A DNA stretch of 64,000 nucleotides, taken from assembly GCA_030390025.1 (NCBI GenBank), contig JASTWF010000034.1, positions 1,674,001 to 1,738,000 of the forward strand. Direction: 5' to 3'. The translations under genes were made by a program, and so were the position numbers. A model generated the notes under the pieces. That model saw nothing but the letters and a program-made list of their open reading frames with translations. It was not told where the DNA came from and did not search any database. Below, one piece after another: positions 26,673 through 38,398 of the stretch (positions are counted from its first letter, which is position 1; every line of letters starts with the position of its first letter). Source of the stretch: Squalus acanthias (Eukaryota).

Positions 26673-27205
26673 TGGAGGGGCTATGGCCGCTTTGTGTCAT
26701 TATTCCCGGCTGCTGTGTGATTGGCTCCCGGTTCCTTTGTGATGTCACCTGGAGTCAGGTTTTCGACCCTGGTTACGGCCCATCAGTGGGATGTCGGTGT
26801 GGGAGGAGCTGGAGTGACAGCTGACACTGGCGGTGAGTTGAGTCAAATTAAATATAATCAGTCACAAAAACAGTCCCACTGTATTCCATTTACAGATTCT
26901 GGGATTAATATGAATGATTTTTCTATTGACAGTCTCTGGGAGTGAGCAATATCTCAGGAAGGTGGAGAGAGAGAAGTCGAATCATCGCCTCACTGACTGG
27001 GAATGGAGAAATGTCGTTGGGTTCACAGAGCAGATCCGGCGGGACCGAGATCCCCATTTTCGGAAAAGGGTTAAAACAGGAAGCTTCAACAATGATTGGA
27101 AAGGTGAGGAACTTTACTGAGAATCCCATCAGTCCAGGATTTTTCCAATGTGAGAGTCTAACCAGATACTGGGAGCTGGTCAACATCTCGCATCATGCTC
27201 GGCTG
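26673..27205 (+). other. Module copy B (promoter, exon 1 donor 26833, 100-bp intron, exon 2 26933-27103)
   Basis: Paralogous to 19330-19925; splice sites retained. Confidence 0.65.
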
Positions 27206-27594
27206 AACCAAATTAGTGGGAGCTTTACTCTGTCCGCCACCCATTCCGTGTCTGCCCAGAGAGTGTTTTGGGTGTCCATTGCAGAGGAAGCTTTATTTTG
27301 CATCTCTCTATCTTACCCGTGCTTTACCTGACCTTTGACTGTCTGATTGGGCAGTCTAATGGGAGCTTTAGTCTGTGTATAACGCATGATATATGCAGGA
27401 AGAAATCACTGGACTGGTCAGTTGTGCAGAAAAGGGGCAAATGGAATTCAATCTGGAGAATTGTGAGGTTATGCGTTTCGGAAGTGCTGACAAGGCAAGG
27501 GATCCCACAGTATCAGAGATTGTCAGATACAGAATGAATCGCAAACTCATACACCGCACCAGAGACTGCCAGAAACAGAATGAATCGCAAACTC

Positions 27595-28175
27595 ACACAG
27601 AGGGTGTCACAGAGTGGGTCTATACTTAGGGACTCCACAGAGGGTGTCACAGAGTGGGTCTATACTTAGGGACTCCACAGATGGAGTCACAGAGTGGGTC
27701 TGTACTTAGGGACTCCACAGATGGAGTCACAGAGTGGGTCTATATTTAGTGACTCCACAGGGTGAGTCACAGAGTGGGTCTATACTTAGGGACTCCACAG
27801 AGGGTGTCCCAGAGTGGGTCTATACTTAGGGACTCCACAGATGGAGTCACAGAGTGGGTCTATACTTAGGGACTCCACAGATGGAGTCACAGAGTGGGTC
27901 TATACTTAGGGACTCCACAGATGGGGTCACAGAGTGGGTCTGTACTTAGTGACTCCACAGATGGAGTCACAGAGTGGGTCTATACTTAGGGACTCCACAG
28001 GGGGAGTCACAGAGTGGGTCTATACTTAGGGACTCCACAGAGGGTGTCACAGAGTGGGTCTATACTTAGGGACTCCACAGATGGTGTCACAGAGTGGGTC
28101 TATACTTAGGGACTCCACAGATGGTGTCACAGAGTGGGTATATACTTAGGGACTCCACAGATGGATACACAGAGT
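27595..28175 (+). repeat. 40-bp minisatellite (~14 copies)
   Basis: cacagagtgggtctatacttagggactccacagatggagt with a 40-bp period. Confidence 0.96.
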
Positions 28176-28347
28176 CTTCTTAGGCAGTCCCTCGGAAACG
28201 AGGATGACTTGCTTCCACACTAAAAATGAGTTCTCAGGTGACTGATGAGTCCAATGTGGGACCTACAGTCTCTGTCACAGGTGGGGCAGACGGTCGTTGA
28301 AGGGACGGGTGTGTGGGGTGCTTGGGTTGACGTGCGCTCCTTACGTG
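28176..28347 (-). mobile_element. RTE-clade LINE 3' end
   Basis: The minus strand encodes a terminal zinc-finger-like CPTCDRDCRSHIGLISHLRTHF*, followed by tail gtggaagcaagtcatcctcgtttccgagggactgcctaagaa. Confidence 0.7.
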
Positions 28348-29975
28348 TCTGCACCGGCCATCAAGCCCTGTCTATTCCAAGACCATTTTCCAGCACTTGG
28401 TCCGTAGCCTTGTATGCTATGGCGTTTCAAGTGCTCATCTAAATGCTTCTTGAATGTTGTGGGCGTTCCTGCCTATACCACACTTTAAGGGAGTGAACTC
28501 CAGATTTCAACCACCCTCTGGGTGAAAAAGTTTTGCCTCAAATCCCCTCTAAACCTCCTGCCTCTTACCTTGACACTGTGCCCCCTGGTTATTGACCCCT
28601 CTACGAAGGGAAGAATTTCCTTTTTATCCACCCTAGCTATGCCCCTCATAATTTTGTACACCTCAATCAGTTCCCCCCTCAGCCTTCTCTGCTCTAAGGA
28701 AAACAACCCAATCCTGTCCAGTCTCTCTCCACTGCTGAAACGCTCCAGCCCAGGTAACATCCTGGTGAATCTCCTCTGCACCCTCTCCAATGCAATCACA
28801 TCCCTCCTATAGTGTGGTGACCAGAACTGCACACAGTATTCCAGCTGTGGCCTAACCAACGTTTTATACAGCTGCATCATAACCTCCCTGCTCTTATCTT
28901 CTATGACTCGGCTAATGAAGGCAAGTATCCAATATGCATTTTTAACCACCTTATCTACCTGTCCTGCTGCCTTCAGGGATCTATGTACATGCACGCCAAG
29001 GTCCCTCTGATCCTCTGTCCTTCCTAGGATCCTACCATTGTGTATTCCCTTGCCTTGTTTGTCCTCCCAAAATGCATCACCTCACACTTTTCTGGGTTAA
29101 ATTCCATTTGCCACTGTTCTGCCCATCTAACCATCCCGTCTATATCGTCCTGTAGTCTGAGGCTTCCCTCCTCGCTATTTACCGCTCCACCAATTTTCGT
29201 GTCATCTGCAAACTTACATTCTTATCTAAATCATTAATGTACACTACAAACAGCAAAGGACCCAGCACCGATCCCTGCGGTACACCACTGGACACTGGCT
29301 TCCAGTCACAAAAACAACCTTCGACCATCACCATCTGCCTCATGCCACTAAGCCAATTTTGAATCCAATGTGCCAAATTGCCCTGGATCCCATGGCCTCT
29401 TACCTTCTTGACCAGACTCCCATGTGGGACTTTATCAAAAGCCTTACTGAAGACCATGTAGACGACATCAACTGCACTATCGTCATCCACACACCTAGTC
29501 ACCACCTCAAAAAATTCAATCAAATTGGTTCGATATGATCTCCCCCTGACAAAGCCATGCTGACTATCACTGATTAATCCTTGCCTCTCCAAGTGGAGAC
29601 TAATTCTGTCCCTCAGAATTTTTCCAATAATTTCCCTATCACTGATGTTAGGCTCACTGGCCTGTAATTCTACTACCTTCTTGAACAATGGTACTACGTT
29701 AGCTGTTCTCCAGTCCTCTGGCACCTCCCCTGTGGTCAGAGAGGTTCTGAAAATTTGTGTCAGAGCCCCGGCAATCTCCTCCCTTGCCTCACACAGCAGC
29801 CTGGGATACATCCCGTCAGGGCCTGGGGATTTATCCACTTTTAAGTCCGCAAAAACCGCTAGTACCTCCTCCCTCTCAATACTAATTTGTTCAAGTATAT
29901 CACAATACCCCTGCCTGATTTCTATGCCAACATCGTCCTTCTCCACAGTGAACACAGATGCAAAATATTCATTTC
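28348..29975 (-). mobile_element. CR1 LINE ORF2 fragment
   Basis: ORFs 29179-29955 ([32 protein letters not shown]) and 28485-28994. Confidence 0.95.
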
Positions 29976-32013
29976 AGAGCTTTACTCTGTACCAAACATT
30001 GACTGAACCTGCCCTGGGATTTTTTGATGGGACAGTGTAGAGAGTTTTTCTCTGTATCTAACCCGTGCTGTACCTGCCCTGAGAGTGTTTGATGTTACAT
30101 TGTAGAGGGAGGTTCACTCTGTATCTACCCTGTGCTTTACCTGCCCTGGGAGAGTTTGATGGGACAGTGTAAACGGATCTTTAATCTGTATCTAATCCAT
30201 GCTGCACCTGCTTTGGGAGTGTTTGATGGGCCAGTGTTGATGCAACTTTACTTTGTGTCTAACTCGTGTTGTGCCTGTCTTGGAAGGGTTTGATGGGACA
30301 CTGTAGAGGCAGCTTTAGTCTGTATCTAACACATGCTGTACCTGCTCTGGGAGAGTTTGATGGGATAGTGTCGAGGGAGTTTTAATCTGTCTTACTGGTG
30401 TTCTGCATGTCCTGGATGGCTTTAATGGGACAGTGTCGAGAGAGCTTTACTCTATCAAACGTGGTCTGAACCTGCCCTGGGAGTGTTTTTCTGGGACAGT
30501 TCAGAGGGAGATTTACTCTATCTGACCTGTTCTGAACCTGCCCAGGCAGTGTTTGATGGAACAGTGTAGAGGGGTCTTTACTCTGTATCAAACGTGGACT
30601 GAACCTGCCATGGGAGTGTTTGATGGGACAGTGTAGAGGGAGCTTTACTCTGTATCTAACCGGTGCTGTCCCTCCCCTGGGGTTGTTTGATGGGACAGTG
30701 TAGAGGCAGCGTTACTCTGTATCTAACCCGTGCTGTACATGCCCTGGGAGTGTTTGATGGGACAGTGTAGAGGCAGCTTTACTCTGTATCTAACCCATGC
30801 TGTACATGCCCTGGGGGTGTTTGATGGGACAGTGTAGAGGAAGCTTTACTCTGTATCTAACCCGTGCTGTACCTGCCCTGACAGTGTTAAATTGGACAGT
30901 GTTGATGCAGCTTTACTCTGTGTCTAACTCGTGTTCTACCTGTCCTGGACGGGTTTGATGGGACAATGTAAAGGAAGTTTTACTCTGTATCTTAACCGTG
31001 TTGTACCTGCCATGGGGGAGTTTGATGGGACAGTATCGAGGGAGCTTTACTCTGTTGCTAACCACTGCTGTACATGACCTTTAAATGTTTGATGGGACAT
31101 TGTAGAGGGAGCTTTACTCTGTATCTAACCCATGCTGCCCATGCTGTTCCTGCCCTGGGATAGTTTGATGAGACAGTTTAGAGGGAGCTTTACTCTGTAT
31201 CTAACCCATGCTGCCCATGCTGTTCCTGCCCTGGGATAGTTTGATGAGACAGTTTAGAGGGAGCTTTACTCTGTATCTAACACATGCTGTACCTGCCCTG
31301 GGATTGTTTGATGTGACAGTGTAGTGAGACTTTTACTATTTACCAATCATTGTTTGAACCTGCCCTGGGAGTGTTGGATGGGACAATGCACAGGGAGATT
31401 TAGTCTGTATCTAACCAGTGCTGTATCCAAACAGTGCTGTACCTGCCCTGGCCGGGTTTGATGGGACAGTGTAGAGGGAGCTCTAAACTATATCAAACAT
31501 GGTCTGAACCTGCCAGGGGAGTATTTGATGGGACAATGCAGAGATGAACTTTGCTCCTTATCTAACCTGTGCTGTACCTGCCCTGTGAGAGTTTAATGGG
31601 ACAGTGTAGAGGGAACTTTACTCTGTGTCAAACGTATTCTTAACCTCCTGTGGTTGTGTTTGATGAGACAGTGTAGAGTGAGATTTACTCTGTTTCTAAC
31701 CTGTGTGAAAATGCCCTGGGTGGGTGGGTTTGATGGGACATTGAAGAGGGCACTTAACTCTGTAGGTAAATCGTGTTGTGCCTGTCCTGGGAGAGTTTGA
31801 GGGAAAAGTCTAGAGTCAGCTTTACCACTATCAAACATGGTCTCAACCTGTCCTGGGAGTGTTTCATGGGGCAGTGAAGAGGGAACTTTACTCTGCATCT
31901 AACCCGTGTTATACGTGTCCTGGGAGCGATTTGATTGAATAGTGTAGAGGGAGCTTTACTCTCTATCTAAACCGTGCTGTATCTGCACTTGGAGTGTTTG
32001 ATGGGACAGTGTA

Positions 32014-32317
32014 TCACAGAATCCCCACAGTGCAGATAGAGGCCATTTCGGCCCATCGAGACTGCACCGACACATATCCCACCCTATCCCCGTAACCCCA
32101 CATATTTAATCCCCCTAACACTAAGGGTCAATTTATCATAGCCAAATCAACCTAACCCGCACATCTTTGGACTGTGGGAGGAAACCGGAGCACCCGGAGG
32201 AAACCCACGCAGACACGGGGAGAATGTGCAAACTCCACACAGACAGTCACCCGAGGCCGGATTCGAACCCACTCCCTGGCGCTGTGAGGCAACAGTGCTA
32301 ACCACTATGCCACCGTG
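32014..32317 (-). mobile_element. V-SINE (HE1-type) with tRNA-derived head and CR1-like tail
   Basis: Minus strand cacggtggcatagtggttagcactg (A box), gggttcgaatcc (B box) and V domain ctgtgtggagtttgcacattctccccgtgtctgcgtgggtttcctccgggtgctccggtttcctccc. gtgta occurs at both junctions. Confidence 0.93.
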
Positions 32318-32478
32318 TAGAGGGATCTTTGCTCTGTATCTAACCTATGTTGTGCCTGTCCTGGACAGGTTTGATGGAACAGTGTAGAGGAAGCTTTACT
32401 CTGTATCTAACCCGTGTTGTGCCTGTCCTGGACAGGTTTGATGGAACAGTGTAGAGGAAGCTTTACTCTGTATCAAAC

Positions 32479-33118
32479 GGTATGTTGGCGTTCATTGCAA
32501 GAGGATTTGAGTACAGGAGCAAGAATGTCTTACTACAGTTATACAGGGCCTTGGTGGAACCACACCTGGTGTACTGTGTGCTGTTTTGGTCTCCCTACCT
32601 AAGAAAGGATATACTTGCCATAGATGGAGTGCAGCGAAGGTTCACCAGACTGTTTCCTGGGATGACAGGACTGTCGTTTTAGGAGAGGTTGGGTCGACTA
32701 GGCCTGTATTCACTAGAGATTAGAAGAAGGAGTGGGCATCTGATTGAAAGGTATAACATTCTGACAGTGCCAGACAGAGTGGATGCAGGGAGGATGTTTC
32801 CCCTGGCTGGGGTGTCTAGAACGAGGGGTCACAGTCTCAGGATACGGGGTAGGTCATTTAGGACTGAGATGAGGAGAAATATCTTGACTCAGAGGGTGGT
32901 GAACCTGTGGAATTCTCTACCACAGAGGCTGTGGTGTCCAAATCACTGAATATATTTAAGCAGGAGGTAGATAGGTTTCTAGACACAAAAGGCATCAAGG
33001 GGTATGGGGAGAGACCGGGAATTTGGTACTGAGATAGAGGAGCAGCCATGATCATGTTGAATGGCGGAGCAGGCTCGAAAGGCCGAATGGCCTACTCCTG
33101 CTCCTATTTTTCTATGTT
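32479..33118 (+). mobile_element. 5'-truncated CR1 inserted in satellite, TSD tcaaac
   Basis: LLQLYRALVEPHL..; tail cctgctcctatttttctatgtttc; tcaaac at 32473 and 33119. Confidence 0.92.
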
Positions 33119-34060
33119 TCAAACATGGACTGAACCTGACCTGAGGTCCTTTTATGGGACAGTGTAGAGGGAGCTTTACTCTGTATCTAACCCGTGCTGC
33201 ACCTGCCCTGGGAGTGTATCGTGGGACAGTTTAGAGGGAACTTTACTCTCTGTCAAACATGTTCTGAACATGCCCTGGGAGTGTTTGTTGGGACAGTGTA
33301 GAGGGGGCATTACTTTGTATCTAACCTGTGCTGAAAGTGCCCTGGGTGTGTTTGATGGGACATGGTAGAGGGAGCTTTATTCTGATTCTAATCCTTGATG
33401 TACTTGCCCTGGGAGTGTTTGATGGGATACTGTAGGGGGCGCTTTACTCTGTATCTTACCCATGCTGTACCTGCCCTGGGAGTGTTTGATGGGACAGTGC
33501 AGGGAGCGCTTTACTCTGTCTCTAACCAGTGTTGTACCTGCCCTGGGTGTGTTTGATGGGACAGTGTTGATGCAGCTTTATTCTGTGTCTAACTCGTGAT
33601 CAGCCTGTCCTGGACGGGTTTTGAAGGGACAGTGCAGGGGGAGCTCTACCCTGTATCAAACATGGTCTGAACTAGCCATGGGAGTGTTTGATGGGACCGT
33701 GCAGAGATGAGCTTTACTCTGTATCTAACCCGTGCTGTACCTGCCCTGTGAGAGTTTGCTGGGACAGTGTAGAGGGACCTTTACTCTGTATCTAACCTGT
33801 GCTGTACCTGCCCTGAGAGTGTTTGATGGGTCAGTGTAGAGGGACCTTTACTCTGTATCTAACCTGTGCTGTACCTGCCCTGTGAGAGTTTGTTGGGCCA
33901 GTGTAGAGGGACCTTTACTCTGTATCTAACCTTTGCTGAAACTGCCCTGGGAGTGTTTGATGGGACAGTGCTGAGGGAGGTTTACACTGTGTCTAAGTCG
34001 TGTTGTGCCTGTCCTGGGAGAGTTTGATGGGGCAGTGTTGGGGTAGATTTACTCTGCCTC

Positions 34061-35105
34061 TGACCTATTCTGCCCAATTGGTTTGTGCCGGTGTTTATTC
34101 CCCACACAAGCCTCCTCTCACCCCTCTTCATCTAATTCTATTAGCATAACCTTATATTCCTTTCTCCCTCATGTGTTTATCTAGCTTCTCCTTAAATGCA
34201 TCTGTGCTATCCGCCTCCACTACTCCCTGTGGTAGTGAGTTCCACATTCTCAACTCTCTTTGGGTGAAGAATTTATCCTGAATTCTCCATTGGATTTATT
34301 AGTGACTATCTTCTATTGATGATCTCCAGTTTTGGACTCCCACAAGTGGAAACATTTTCTCCACGACCACCTTTATAACCTTCTCATAATCTTAAAGACC
34401 TCTATCCGGTCATCCATCAGCATTCTCTTTCTTCAAGAGAAAAGAGACCCAGCCTGTTCAGCCTTTCCTGATAAGTATATCCTCTCAGTTCTAGGATCAT
34501 CCTTACAAATCTCCTTCTCCAGTGCCTCTATATTAAGAACATAAGAAATAAGAGCAGGAGTAGGCCATTGGGCCCCTCGTAATAATATGGAGACCAGAGC
34601 TTTTCACAGTACTCCAAGTATGATCTAACCCAGGGTCAGTGCAAGTTTAACATAACCTCCCTGCTTTGCAATTCTATCCCTCTGGAAATGAACTCCGGTG
34701 CTTTTTGTTTTGTATGGCCCTATTAACCTCCATTGGTACTTTTAGTGTTCTGTGTATCTGTACCCCGAAATCGCATTGCCCCTCTACCCCATTTATACTC
34801 TTATTTTCAAAGCAGTATCTGACCTCCTTATTCTTCCTACCAAAAGGCGCCACCTCACACTTATCTATATTGGAAATTCATTCGCCATTTACACTTCCAT
34901 TCTGCAAGTTTATTAATGTCTTCTTGCATTATGTCACAGTCTTCATCAGTAGTAACTGTACCTCCCAATTTGGTATCATTGACAAATTTTGAAATTGTAC
35001 TTCAAATTCCCGAGTAGAAATTGTTTATGTAAATTGTGAACAGCAGCGGTCCCAGCATCGATTCCTGTGGAACACCACTTTCAACCTTTTGCCAGTCTGG
35101 AAAGC
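34061..35105 (-). mobile_element. Degenerate CR1 3' fragment
   Basis: Minus-strand WQKVESGVPQESMLGPLLFTIYIN plus CR1 3' UTR sequence. Confidence 0.85.
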
Positions 35106-35687
35106 TGCTCTCTGTTTTGTGGAATTCAATGGCGGTGTGTTTACCCACGATCCCCCGCGCGGCAGAAAGTGCCCAATCAATGACTACAGGAGTCCAGTGC
35201 GCAGGCGTGAGACCGGGGAGTGCTCCGAGCATGCGCAGTACGAGTCGTGCAGACGAGGCAATGGCGGCAGCAGGAACATAGCGGGCAGAGAAACGTTAAC
35301 AACGTTTCTGGACGCTAACTTCGTCAGAGCATTTCCTGTTGTACTAATGGCCTAACAAACGATTCCAGAGCCGGCAGGAGATTCTGGGGGCCGGGGAGGA
35401 ACAGGCGGCGCGTGGTCTGGGAAGCTTCACAAACACCCGGCCTAGGCCTCAGGCCCCGAATAAAACCCCGCGGGGCCTCGTGTTTGCGCCGCAGCGCCAG
35501 GCCCGGCCGCGCGGGGCGACTCTCCGCCAACTTGCTGAAGGCTTTCTCCCCGCCGACAGGCCCGGGTTACCCCGGCAACCGGCCGCCATCTTTGTGAAGG
35601 AAGGCGGGACTTTTCCCCGCGCCGCCATGTTGGACAGGGCGGGGTCAGGGCGCATACGCGGCCCTCAGTGCAACTGCAGCAGAAGCA
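35106..35687. promoter_or_regulatory. CpG-rich promoter-like island
   Basis: Dense CpG; CCAAT 35173; NRF1-like tgcgcaggcg / gcatgcgcag; YY1-like atggcggc (35261) and gccgccatctt / gccgccatgtt (35582, 35621); GC box 35637. Confidence 0.55.
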
Positions 35688-36150
35688 CTTTTTTATTATT
35701 CGTTTATGGGATGTGAGGGTCGCTGGCAAGGCCAGCATTTATTGCCTATCCCTAACTGCCCTTGAGAAGGTGGTGGTGAGCTGCCTTCTTGAACCGCTGC
35801 AGACGATTGGTAGGGAGTTCCAGGATTTTCAAGCAGCAACGAGGAAGGATAGGCGATATACTTCCAAGTCAGGATGGTGTGTGACTTCGAGGGGAACCTG
35901 GAGGTGGTGGGGTTCCCATGCGTCTGCTGCCCTTGTCCTTCTAGGTGGAAGAGATTGCGGGTTTGGGTGGTGCTGGCGAAGATGTCTTGGCGAGTTGCTG
36001 CAGTGCATCTTGTAGATGGTACACACTGCAGCCACGGTACGCCAGTGGTGGAGGGAGTGAATGTGTAAGGTGATGGATAGGTTGTCAATCAAGCGGGCTG
36101 CTTTGTCCTGGATGGTGTCGAGCTTCTTGAGAGTTGTTGGAGCAGTACGC
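35688..36150 (-). mobile_element. 3' end of a second CR1-group LINE family
   Basis: TTLKKLDTIQDKAARLI..HSLHHWRTVAAVCTIYKMHCSN; same tail as 21525 and 42200. Confidence 0.85.
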
Positions 36151-36169
36151 ATCATATGAGGGGAGCGGG

Positions 36170-36558
36170 GTCGGAGACGAGTATGATTGTACACCCTGTG
36201 TACATGCCCAGTGAGAAAGCACACCAGGAGCAGAGCCTGGTCAATGTGACCCTGTGACCCTCGAGTGGGAGGGGCTCCGGCCGCTTTGTGACATTGCTCC
36301 TTGCTGCTGTGTGATGACACCTGGAGACACTGCCCCGCCCCTGGTTACGGCCCATCAGTGGGATGTCAGTGTGGGAGGAGCTGGAGTGACAGCTGACACT
36401 GGGAGTGAGTTTTCACAATAAACAGGGCAATGGACAGAATAGAACAATACAATAATAAAGTTAGTAATTCAAACATTCATTAATTGCAAAAATAGTCACA
36501 TTGAATATAAATTTGGTCACAAAAATGCACCCCCCCCCCCCTGTATTCTGGGATTAAT
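36170..36558 (+). other. Module copy D (promoter + exon 1, donor 36405; truncated in intron 1)
   Basis: Near-identical to 37065-37445; ends at an L2 fragment before exon 2. Confidence 0.65.
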
Positions 36559-36825
36559 GGCTTCGGTCTTCCCAATATTTACTTGGAGAAACTTTTGCTC
36601 ATGTCAGTCAAGCAGTCTGACAATTTAGACACCGTGGAGGGGTCGAGAGAAGAGGTAGTGAGGTAGAGCTGGGTGTCGTCAGCGTACATGTGGAAACTGA
36701 CTGTGTTTCTGGATGATGTCACCAAGGGGCAACATGTAGATGAGAAATAGGAGGGGAGGCAAGGAGAGATCCTTGGGGGACACCAGAGGTAACGATGTGG
36801 GAGCGGGAAGAGAGACTGACTGATA
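36559..36825 (-). mobile_element. L2 LINE RT fragment
   Basis: FHMYADDTQLYLTTSSLDPSTVSKLSDCL on the minus strand. Confidence 0.85.
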
Positions 36826-37064
36826 TTCTGGTCTTTTCCGCACAGTATGATCCCAGCCCCAGACGGATCCCTCACTGTGGAGAGAGAGAGAGCGACAGAG
36901 ACAGTGAGGGAGCAGATACGTAGAGAAGAAAATAAATACTGGGGTAGAGTTTGACGTTTAGTAGGTGCTATAGTACAAACCGGGTAATTGTGAATCAGCC
37001 ACCCATTTTGCACCGATGAAATAAAACTCGGTAGAGATGCAGGGCAGGATCCCGGTTCAATCCC

Positions 37065-37920
37065 GGAGACGGGGCTGATTGTACACCCTGTGTTCATGCC
37101 CAGTGAGACTGCACACCAGGAGCAGAGCCTGGTCAATGTGACCCTGTGTCACCACGAGTGGGAGGGGCACCGGCCGCTTTGTGACATCGTTCCTAGCTGC
37201 TGTGTGATGTCACCTGGAGACAGGGCCCCGCCCCTAGTTACAGCCCATCAGTGGGATGTCGGTGTGGGAGGAGCTGGAGTGACAGGTGACACAGGGAGTG
37301 AGTTTAGTCCCAATAAACAGGGCAATGGACAGAAAAGAACTATTCAATATTAAAGTAAGTAATTCAAACACACTGATTAATTGCAAAAATAATCAAATTG
37401 AATATATTTGTGGTCACAAAAATGCTCCCCCTGTATTCTGGAATTAATATTTATCATTTTTCTATTGACAGTCTCTGGGAGTGAGCAATATCTCAGGAAG
37501 GTGGAGAGAGAGAAGTCGAATCATCGCCTCCCTGACTGGGACTGCAGAAATGTCGCTGGGTTCACAGAGCAGATCTGGTGGGATCGAGAACCCCAGTGTC
37601 GGAGACGGGATAAAACGGGAAGATTCAACAATGATTGGAAAGGTGAGGAACTGTACTGAGAATCCCATCAGTCCAGGATTTTGCTGAGGTCAGAGTCTAA
37701 CCAGATACTGGGAGCTGTTCAACATCTGCCGTCAGGCTCGGCCTTTGATGTGGCAAGTTGAGCGGAGCTTAACTCGGAGATAAATCTTGCCCGTACCTCA
37801 CCCGGGAGTGTTTGACACTTGCATGTACTGAGATCTTTATTCTGTATTCATCCCATGCTGTACCCGAGCTTGTTGTGCTTCATTGGCTCGTGTCAAGGGA
37901 GCTGTACGCTGCACATGCTG
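37065..37920 (+). other. Module copy C (promoter, exon 1 donor 37298, exon 2 37472-37642, start of intron 2)
   Basis: Paralogous to 19330-20100, including the sequence downstream of exon 2. Confidence 0.68.
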
Positions 37921-38056
37921 TATTAGAGGGAGCTTTGCATGTCACCCGCGCTGTACCTGCTCTGCGAGTGTTTGAGTGGACAGTGCAGAGGAAGGTTTAG
38001 TCTGTATCTCTCGATCTAACCCGTGCTGTACCTGCCCTTGGACTGTTTGATTGGGC

Positions 38057-38398
38057 CCCATTCAATGCGATCATTGACTGATCTGCGATCTGACTGCATA
38101 AACCCACCTTTGGCCCATATCCCTTCATAACTTTGGTTAACAAAAAGCAATAAATCTCCGATTTAAAATTAACAATTTATCTAGCATCAATTGCCGTTTG
38201 TGGAAGAGAGTTCCAAATTTCTCTCACTTTGTGTCGAAGTGTTTCCTAATTTTACTCCTGAAAGGACTGCCTCTAATTCTTAGACTGTGCCTCCAGTCCT
38301 AGTATCCCCACCAATGGAAATAGTTTCTCGCTATCTACTCTATCTGTTCCCCTTAATATCCTGAAAACTTCGCTCAGATCAGCCCTTAACCTTCTACA
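38057..38398 (-). mobile_element. CR1 3' UTR fragment, duplicate of 12896-13240
   Basis: Near-identical text ccattcaatgcgatcattgactgatctgcgatc...cccttaaccttcta. Confidence 0.88.

Larger units (their letters stand above)
29976..34060 (+). repeat. Older, diverged 67-bp satellite array interrupted by a SINE and a CR1
   Basis: Same monomer as 20150-21080 with many substitutions. Confidence 0.92.

Noticed and set aside
32240..32317. tRNA gene on the minus strand
   Set aside because: It is the head of a V-SINE, continuous with the V domain and LINE-like tail.
35324..35738. Arg/Ala/Pro-rich ORFs in the CpG island
   Set aside because: Expected by chance in GC-rich DNA; no recognisable homology.
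37045..37076. tRNA gene (cccggttcaatcccgg B-box/T-arm)
   Set aside because: No convincing A box or cloverleaf upstream; at most a SINE/tRNA remnant.
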